Shown one piece after another: positions 58,821 to 64,000 of a stretch of 64,000 nt of DNA. The position numbers were made by a program, and so were the translations under genes. The notes under the pieces are model-generated. The model saw nothing but the letters and a program-made list of their open reading frames with translations. It ran no database searches and was not told the origin of the DNA. Numbering within the stretch: position 1 is the first letter of the stretch; every line of letters begins with the position of its first letter. This stretch comes from a virus. The stretch lies in IMG/VR virus record IMGVR_UViG_3300000115_000005; one strand, written 5' to 3'.

Positions 58821-58946
58821 TCATTTATGCAACACAGCCTTTCTTAATCTCTTATTTGATTGCCTTTTCAGACATTTTTTCCATTTTCTCGATAATGTAT
58901 CGGTAACCACTTTTGTCCATCTGCGACTCGAAAAATTCTTTTTCAT
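58821..58946 (-). CDS. 41-aa very basic peptide with own promoter
   Basis: MKKNFSSRRWTKVVTDTLSRKWKKCLKRQSNKRLRKAVLHK; GGGAG RBS. Confidence 0.6.
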   Translation of the reverse strand: MKKNFSSRRWTKVVTDTLSRKWKKCLKRQSNKRLRKAVLHK

Positions 58947-58972
58947 AAAAACTCCCGATTGACTATGATACC

Positions 58973-59001
58973 ATCTTATAGATTGATTACCGAATTGTCA
59001 A
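58973..59001 (-). promoter_or_regulatory. repeated early promoter
   Basis: TTGACA-attcggtaatcaatcta-TAAGAT followed by GG..CATAGTCAA. Confidence 0.8.
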
Positions 59002-59006
59002 GCATT

Positions 59007-59330
59007 TTATGGTAGTTTATTTGCTTGAATAAAAAAACCATAAATTTGTTCTGCCTTCTCTACTACTTTTGGATCTTTTAATGGTAAAGCACAACCAGTA
59101 TCTCCGGTCCAATCTGCGAACTCCTTATCATAAAAACCTATTTCACAATGTCCTACATTTTCTTTTTGTAAAACAGCTAATTCATCAGCCCAGCGTTGCC
59201 ATTTAAAATCATCAATGATAGGTTCATCTTTTTCGTAATACAAGTATGAATGAACCAACATTTGACTTCGCCTTTGTCTAATCTTCTCCTTAATTGTTTG
59301 AATTGGATTTATAAATTTCTCTAAACTCAT
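59007..59330 (-). CDS. stand-alone NAD-dependent DNA ligase domain Ia-like protein
   Basis: HSYLYYEKDEPIIDD..W.....EL..L resembles LigA H..YY..D.P.ISD.EYD...EL..LE. Confidence 0.65.
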   Translation of the reverse strand: MSLEKFINPIQTIKEKIRQRRSQMLVHSYLYYEKDEPIIDDFKWQRWADELAVLQKENVGHCEIGFYDKEFADWTGDTGCALPLKDPKVVEKAEQIYGFFIQANKLP

Positions 59331-59602
59331 TTAGCTTTCACTTTCTTTTTAGGTAGTTGAGGGTATGTTCCCCATGGTTCTTTTAAAAAACAGGGAACTT
59401 CATCAGGTAGCCCGTTCTCAATCCATTTTGCAACCATCATATGCTCACATACTCCCATATAATAGTGGATTCTCATTCCACCAAGATTTCCACCAGTAAA
59501 TTCAACATCATCAAATACACCATGTGTTAAATCACCATTCTCATTATATCTCGGTTTTCCTCGCCATCTTTTTATTCTAGGAAACCAGTTCTCAATATTC
59601 AT
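59327..59602 (-). CDS. hypothetical protein
   Basis: Coupled ORF. Confidence 0.55.
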   Translation of the reverse strand: MNIENWFPRIKRWRGKPRYNENGDLTHGVFDDVEFTGGNLGGMRIHYYMGVCEHMMVAKWIENGLPDEVPCFLKEPWGTYPQLPKKKVKAK

Positions 59603-59841
59603 AGAATGATGCCAATTAGAAAACCAATGTTAAACGGTATGAAAAATAATATTAAAAGTATCCAAACAGGTAATAAATCAACCCATATTTTTGTTTCCAT
59701 AAAATGTTTAATTAAAAAACATTTCATTTTAATGTAAAGAGAATATTTATTATTCATAATAAATACACCGCCATTTGCTACATTTTTTTTATTTGACATA
59801 ACCATTATCCCATTTATCTGGACCTGTGTATTGGTCCTCAT
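59599..59841 (-). CDS. hypothetical membrane protein (start uncertain)
   Basis: C-terminal hydrophobic segment. Confidence 0.4.
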   Translation of the reverse strand: MRTNTQVQINGIMVMSNKKNVANGGVFIMNNKYSLYIKMKCFLIKHFMETKIWVDLLPVWILLILFFIPFNIGFLIGIIL

Positions 59842-60178
59842 TACTCATTTTAAAAAACTTACCAAAGAGGCGGTCGCTTATTCTTTTACGTTCAATATTT
59901 AACCTTCTATAAAAGGCATGATATCCATCCCAGTTCTCCCAATCATCTGTATCACCTTTTAATGATTTTAAATTAAAAAGGCGTAAAAGTAAATCATCTA
60001 TGGTTTTAAGCCACTCACGGTGAGCTAATTCATTAAACTTACCATCAATATATAACAATCGTTTTAACTTAATCCATTCATATTCCAATTTAAAAGCTTG
60101 CCATGTATCAACTCCATAACCATTTTGCATATAAGCCTCTTTTCTTATTTCCCACTCACTTGTAAATTCTTTAATCAC
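59789..60178 (-). CDS. hypothetical protein
   Basis: ORF track. Confidence 0.55.
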   Translation of the reverse strand: MIKEFTSEWEIRKEAYMQNGYGVDTWQAFKLEYEWIKLKRLLYIDGKFNELAHREWLKTIDDLLLRLFNLKSLKGDTDDWENWDGYHAFYRRLNIERKRISDRLFGKFFKMSNEDQYTGPDKWDNGYVK

Positions 60179-60392
60179 CGCTATGAATTTCCTCTAATAG
60201 ACTCCATACTCTCCACCACTTCTTAAAATCTGGATTTTCATCAAACATTTTTTTTATGTCATTTTCACTCATATTAGGTATTTCTTTGCTTATGTTCACA
60301 TATGCTTTAGGTTTAATGTGACCTCCACACCAAGTTGTTACAGTTTTATTTCTAAGCTGTTCAGAAAAGTCTAAAGCATCTTTATCATCCAT
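60171..60392 (-). CDS. hypothetical protein
   Basis: ORF track. Confidence 0.55.
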   Translation of the reverse strand: MDDKDALDFSEQLRNKTVTTWCGGHIKPKAYVNISKEIPNMSENDIKKMFDENPDFKKWWRVWSLLEEIHSGD

Positions 60393-60627
60393 TTTTTCTA
60401 GTCAAACTTCCGTTCTTATCTGTTTTGTAATATTCTTGATATCCATCATCAGCTAAAAGATCCAGAGCTTCGACTTGTTTAAGTAAATGCACATAGTTTA
60501 CAATTAGTTTTTGAGCTGACTTGGCTATCATTTGACCGGTCAATCCTAATGTTTGGTGCCTTATATCGGAATCAACGTGTACTAAAAACTTTTCAGCTTT
60601 TTCAAGTTCAGTTTCTTTTTCTACCAT
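60385..60627 (-). CDS. hypothetical protein
   Basis: ORF track. Confidence 0.55.
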   Translation of the reverse strand: MVEKETELEKAEKFLVHVDSDIRHQTLGLTGQMIAKSAQKLIVNYVHLLKQVEALDLLADDGYQEYYKTDKNGSLTRKNG

Positions 60628-60935
60628 TTTTCAATCCTTTCAAAATTGTCAAACATTTCATAATCTTCAATATCACCCATTACTGTTGGTATCTCTACTG
60701 CGTAATCTTCTTGACCAACTTCATTGTATTCTAAACCTTTATTGTATGCTGTTCTACTGCGTGATGCTTTCTCTCTCGTAGCGGCCGATTCGGGTGTCTT
60801 ATGATAATCTAAAAGCTTCTCTCTGCGAATATCTTTGTCTGCTTGTGTATGAGTTCTCACATTTGCACAGGATCGGGAACAATAAGTACCTTTCTTTCGG
60901 TGATCTTTTTGACACCTAGGGCACTTTTTAATCAT
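60621..60935 (-). CDS. small zinc-finger protein
   Basis: CPRC..YCSRSCAN.R.H. Confidence 0.7.
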   Translation of the reverse strand: MIKKCPRCQKDHRKKGTYCSRSCANVRTHTQADKDIRREKLLDYHKTPESAATREKASRSRTAYNKGLEYNEVGQEDYAVEIPTVMGDIEDYEMFDNFERIEKW

Positions 60936-61174
60936 TGTAGGGTGGACTTTTTCTCAAAATCACCTGAGATAACATCATTTAAAAATTCTTTGAATTCTTT
61001 TTCTTGATTGTTAGCTTTGGAGTGCATCATTAATCTTCCCATCATTATGGCATTTACCATTGTCATGGGTATTGATTCATATAGATCCATTAGAAAATTG
61101 TCTGTCTGACTCACTAATTGTTCTATCTCTTCTAATTGTTTAGACGATATTTCTTCATCATTCTTTTTTTTCAT
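60932..61174 (-). CDS. hypothetical protein
   Basis: ORF track. Confidence 0.55.
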   Translation of the reverse strand: MKKKNDEEISSKQLEEIEQLVSQTDNFLMDLYESIPMTMVNAIMMGRLMMHSKANNQEKEFKEFLNDVISGDFEKKSTLQ

Positions 61175-61583
61175 TTTTCACCCTAATATTATTTAATTCT
61201 GAATAAACATTTATAGCAAAATCTTCTGCCTCTATTTCCCAAGGTTCATCTTTTACATAAATGCCACGCCAAGTATTTAGAGAGGCGGTTATTTCATGAT
61301 TTACATATTGTTTTATATGGCACATTTCATGAGCTATAGTTTCTAATAGTGATTGATTGTCTTGACCTGTTTTTAATTGAACACAATAAATTGGCACTCT
61401 GGAAAATATACTTTCATCACTTTCCCAACAATGACCTAGCATAGGTATCTTTCTCGAATATGAGAATTCAAGTATAATATCTTTTGGTAATTTTAACTTA
61501 TCACCGAAATAATCTATAGCTTTAAAATACTTTTGGCTAATACCATGAATTATCATTTTCAAGATCCACCATAATTTTTTCAT
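61158..61583 (-). CDS. HExxH metallopeptidase-like protein
   Basis: TIAHEMCHIKQY..PWEIEA. Confidence 0.8.
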   Translation of the reverse strand: MKKLWWILKMIIHGISQKYFKAIDYFGDKLKLPKDIILEFSYSRKIPMLGHCWESDESIFSRVPIYCVQLKTGQDNQSLLETIAHEMCHIKQYVNHEITASLNTWRGIYVKDEPWEIEAEDFAINVYSELNNIRVKNEKKE

Positions 61584-62298
61584 ATTTGTTGGTGATAACC
61601 CGTAGACTCATAATAGTAGAATTATATCCTTCTTCTCGGTATAAATCTTTATCCATACTCTCTTCAGTATCTTTTACCCAGAGTCTACAGCCATCAGGAG
61701 TTATTTCATCAGCGATTAATATTCGGCCTTCTGAATCGAATCCAAATTCTAATTTAAAATCAATTAAGTTAAGGCCGATATTACTAAAAACTTTTTCTAT
61801 AACTTTATTTACATTTAATGCTTGAACTTTTAAAAAACTGGTTGCATACCTCTCCTCAAAACCCATCAATGATAATCTTTCTTGAGTTAAAAGAGGATCA
61901 TTTTTACTATCATCTTTCAAATAAAATTCTACTATTGGTCTAGAAAACTTATAACCTTTCTCTATGTTAGTTTCTCTAACAATTGAGCCAGCGGCTACAT
62001 TTCTTACAACAACTTCGAGAGGTATAATATCTACTTTTTTACACCTCATAATATTCCAAGGATTACTTTCATCTAATTCTATAAAATGTGTGCTTAAGCC
62101 AGCTTCCTCTAAATGCTTAAACATAATAGAGGAAATCTTGGCATTAATATTACCTTTACCCAACATACAGTCTTTATAAAGACCGTTGCCTGCTGTTACC
62201 TTGTCTTGGTGATTAATCAAAACTTCATTTGTTTTCTCACTTTGATAAACTTTTTTTACTTTGCCTTCAATAATAAGATTTTTAGCTGGTAAATTCAT
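61537..62298 (-). CDS. purC: SAICAR synthetase
   Basis: EGKVKKVY, IPLEVVVRN.AAGS, DFKLEFG, LIADEITPD.CRLW, MDKD.YR. Confidence 0.95.
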   Translation of the reverse strand: MNLPAKNLIIEGKVKKVYQSEKTNEVLINHQDKVTAGNGLYKDCMLGKGNINAKISSIMFKHLEEAGLSTHFIELDESNPWNIMRCKKVDIIPLEVVVRNVAAGSIVRETNIEKGYKFSRPIVEFYLKDDSKNDPLLTQERLSLMGFEERYATSFLKVQALNVNKVIEKVFSNIGLNLIDFKLEFGFDSEGRILIADEITPDGCRLWVKDTEESMDKDLYREEGYNSTIMSLRVITNKYEKIMVDLENDNSWY

Positions 62299-62328
62299 TT
62301 AATTTTTTTCCCATTTAATATTACTATT

Positions 62329-63375
62329 CTACTTTATAATGTCTAAAAAGTCAAGCATTGAGCTCTCCCATGTCCACTTTATTGCCGATTTACGGGTAGC
62401 TTCTCTTGAAACTTCTAGTACCTTTTTAATTTTAGTATCTAATGTATTATCAAAACCATAGGTTTTATCATTATGTACAATACATCCATTGATATTTTCT
62501 ATTATCACCTCTTTTGGTCCAGGTTGATCATATGCCAATACAGGTGTACCACATGAAATACTTTCAAGTAATGTGATACCAAAAGTATCACTTTTTGATG
62601 GAAATATAAAAGCATCAGCACTTGCAAAATATCTGGCTAATTCGAGACCTTCTAAACTACCAGTAAATTTTATAAATGGATATTTTTGCTTCAGTTCTTC
62701 CAAATATGGCCCATCACCAACAAAAACTTTATTTGGAAATTGTAAATTACAAAATTCATCTACGTTTTTTTCTTTTGAAGCTCTAGATACACAAAGAATA
62801 AAACCTTGACCCCATGGCTTTCTATATTTGGGACTGAATAATGCTTGATTTACACCTTTTTTCCAAACTTTTACATTTTTAAAACCTTTATCAACCAAAA
62901 GGTTTTTAGTGCCTTCAGTTGATACCATCACACTCTTTGATTTACGGTGAAACCACTTAAAATACTTATACAATAATTTTGATGAAAATCCTGTATATGA
63001 TTCAAATAATTCTGGAAACTTAGTGTGATATGATGTTGTATAAGAGAATTTGCGTTTGTCTAAAATATATTTCGCATATAATCCTAGAGGGCCTTCTGTT
63101 GTAATATGTATTTTATAATTCAGAAAAGCAAAAGAGTCGATTAAGTCTTTATAGAGCCATGGATTTACAATTACTTTTATATCTCTGTAAAATGGTAGTT
63201 TAATCATACACCATTTTGGTAATGGCGACCTATCATTATAATGTAGATAGGTCGGGTGTAATATTGTTACATCATAGTCTTTTTTTTCTAGTTCCTTTTT
63301 AAGATTTTGGTATGTTCTTACTATGCCGTTGGCCTGTGGCTCCCAGGAATCTGTTATGATTACTATTTTTTGCAT
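62329..63375 (-). CDS. glycosyltransferase family 4
   Basis: ITDSWEPQANG, HITTEGPLG, SYHTKFPE, VGDGP, FPSKSDTFGITLLE. Confidence 0.92.
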   Translation of the reverse strand: MQKIVIITDSWEPQANGIVRTYQNLKKELEKKDYDVTILHPTYLHYNDRSPLPKWCMIKLPFYRDIKVIVNPWLYKDLIDSFAFLNYKIHITTEGPLGLYAKYILDKRKFSYTTSYHTKFPELFESYTGFSSKLLYKYFKWFHRKSKSVMVSTEGTKNLLVDKGFKNVKVWKKGVNQALFSPKYRKPWGQGFILCVSRASKEKNVDEFCNLQFPNKVFVGDGPYLEELKQKYPFIKFTGSLEGLELARYFASADAFIFPSKSDTFGITLLESISCGTPVLAYDQPGPKEVIIENINGCIVHNDKTYGFDNTLDTKIKKVLEVSREATRKSAIKWTWESSMLDFLDIIK

Positions 63376-63384
63376 TTGTCTTTT

Positions 63385-63771
63385 TCATGGGGTGCAATCA
63401 CATTTAAATATTTTAGATTCGACCTTATCGGTGTGTACACGATATTTTTTTTCGGGAATCTTTTCTAGGTGAGTACCCCATATCTCCGTTTGGTAGATTG
63501 TTCGATTATACTTACAACCCTTTACCTCTTCTATCTCGGCTATGTACTCGATTGAATTACTGCATTTATAAACGCAATAATTTTTTAATGGTTTTTTGCG
63601 ATCTGATTTTATGAAATCTAACCAATTTTCTTGAATTCCTATCAAGTGACATTCAAGGGTTGGATCTTTTAATACTTTTTGATTAGCGTGTAGAGGAGAC
63701 CACCATAGTAACCCTGCTATGAGGGTCACTAGAGTAATTTTAATTATAAAAATATATCTCATTTCATCCAT
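63385..63771 (-). CDS. secreted Cys-containing protein
   Basis: Signal/TM segment; C..CVYKC..C pattern. Confidence 0.6.
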   Translation of the reverse strand: MDEMRYIFIIKITLVTLIAGLLWWSPLHANQKVLKDPTLECHLIGIQENWLDFIKSDRKKPLKNYCVYKCSNSIEYIAEIEEVKGCKYNRTIYQTEIWGTHLEKIPEKKYRVHTDKVESKIFKCDCTP

Positions 63772-63836
63772 TTAGATGCAACGCAAAAGGCTATTACTGG
63801 TGGTAAACTTAATAATAAGTATAAAGCTAAACCCAT
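63759..63836 (-). CDS. 25-aa hydrophobic peptide
   Basis: MGLALYLLLSLPPVIAFCVASKWMK; AGGAG RBS. Confidence 0.45.
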   Translation of the reverse strand: MGLALYLLLSLPPVIAFCVASKWMK

Positions 63837-64000
63837 TTTTTTCTCCTAAAAGTATTATACTTTGATAATCTATTTAGGAGTTCTGTGTTTAGACCTTCTC
63901 TTGAAAAGTATTTGAATCTAATTCTATTATAAGATTTAAAAAAGAGCAAGCTAAATCTTCATTCTTAAAAAATCTTATGAGAGTCTGGCCTGTGTCTTTT

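Noticed and set aside
55430-59005. CRISPR or attC-type repeats
   Set aside because: Repeats are degenerate, match -35/-10 promoter geometry and are separated by whole genes; no integrase
60621-60935. Homing endonuclease
   Set aside because: Only the Cys-rich zinc motif is present; no HNH or GIY-YIG core

Overview
AT-rich segment of a large T4-like (Tevenvirinae/Kyanoviridae-style) myophage genome, probably aquatic. 1-27.7 kb is the virion module: Gly-rich fibre-like paralogs, a DUF4815-type giant protein, baseplate gp8/7/6/25/5/27/53/48/54/26/51, gp4, and two tape-measure-like proteins, one carrying a lysozyme domain. 27.7-40.8 kb holds replication/transcription genes (gp32, gp59, gp33, exonuclease, RNase H), exported lipoproteins, ClpP and a sugar-nucleotide/glycosyltransferase cluster. 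40.8-47.4 kb is an accessory island with a third Gly-rich protein, cytochrome c, ErpA, a PiT-like permease and an unannotated 25-aa PqqA (PQQ precursor) gene with its own RBS and terminator. 47.4-64 kb is an early region of small ORFs, tRNA-Pro, repeated sigma70-type promoters, PurC and a GT4. Highlights missed by the ORF track: (1) phage pqqA beside cytochrome c and ErpA, suggesting support of host PQQ-dependent alcohol/methanol oxidation; (2) a ~530-nt promoter-driven, heavily paired non-coding RNA (53.83-54.36 kb) with an embedded D-loop-expanded tRNA-like domain and pseudoknots, plus two further candidate small-RNA loci (35.0-35.3 kb, 56.1-56.3 kb); (3) a T TTT TTC -1 slippery site that would fuse gp26 to gp51, like lambda G/GT; (4) a recurrent TGTTGY-N6-RCAACA palindrome upstream of early promoters. 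All family assignments are by eye from motifs and synteny; no database searches or folding programs were run.
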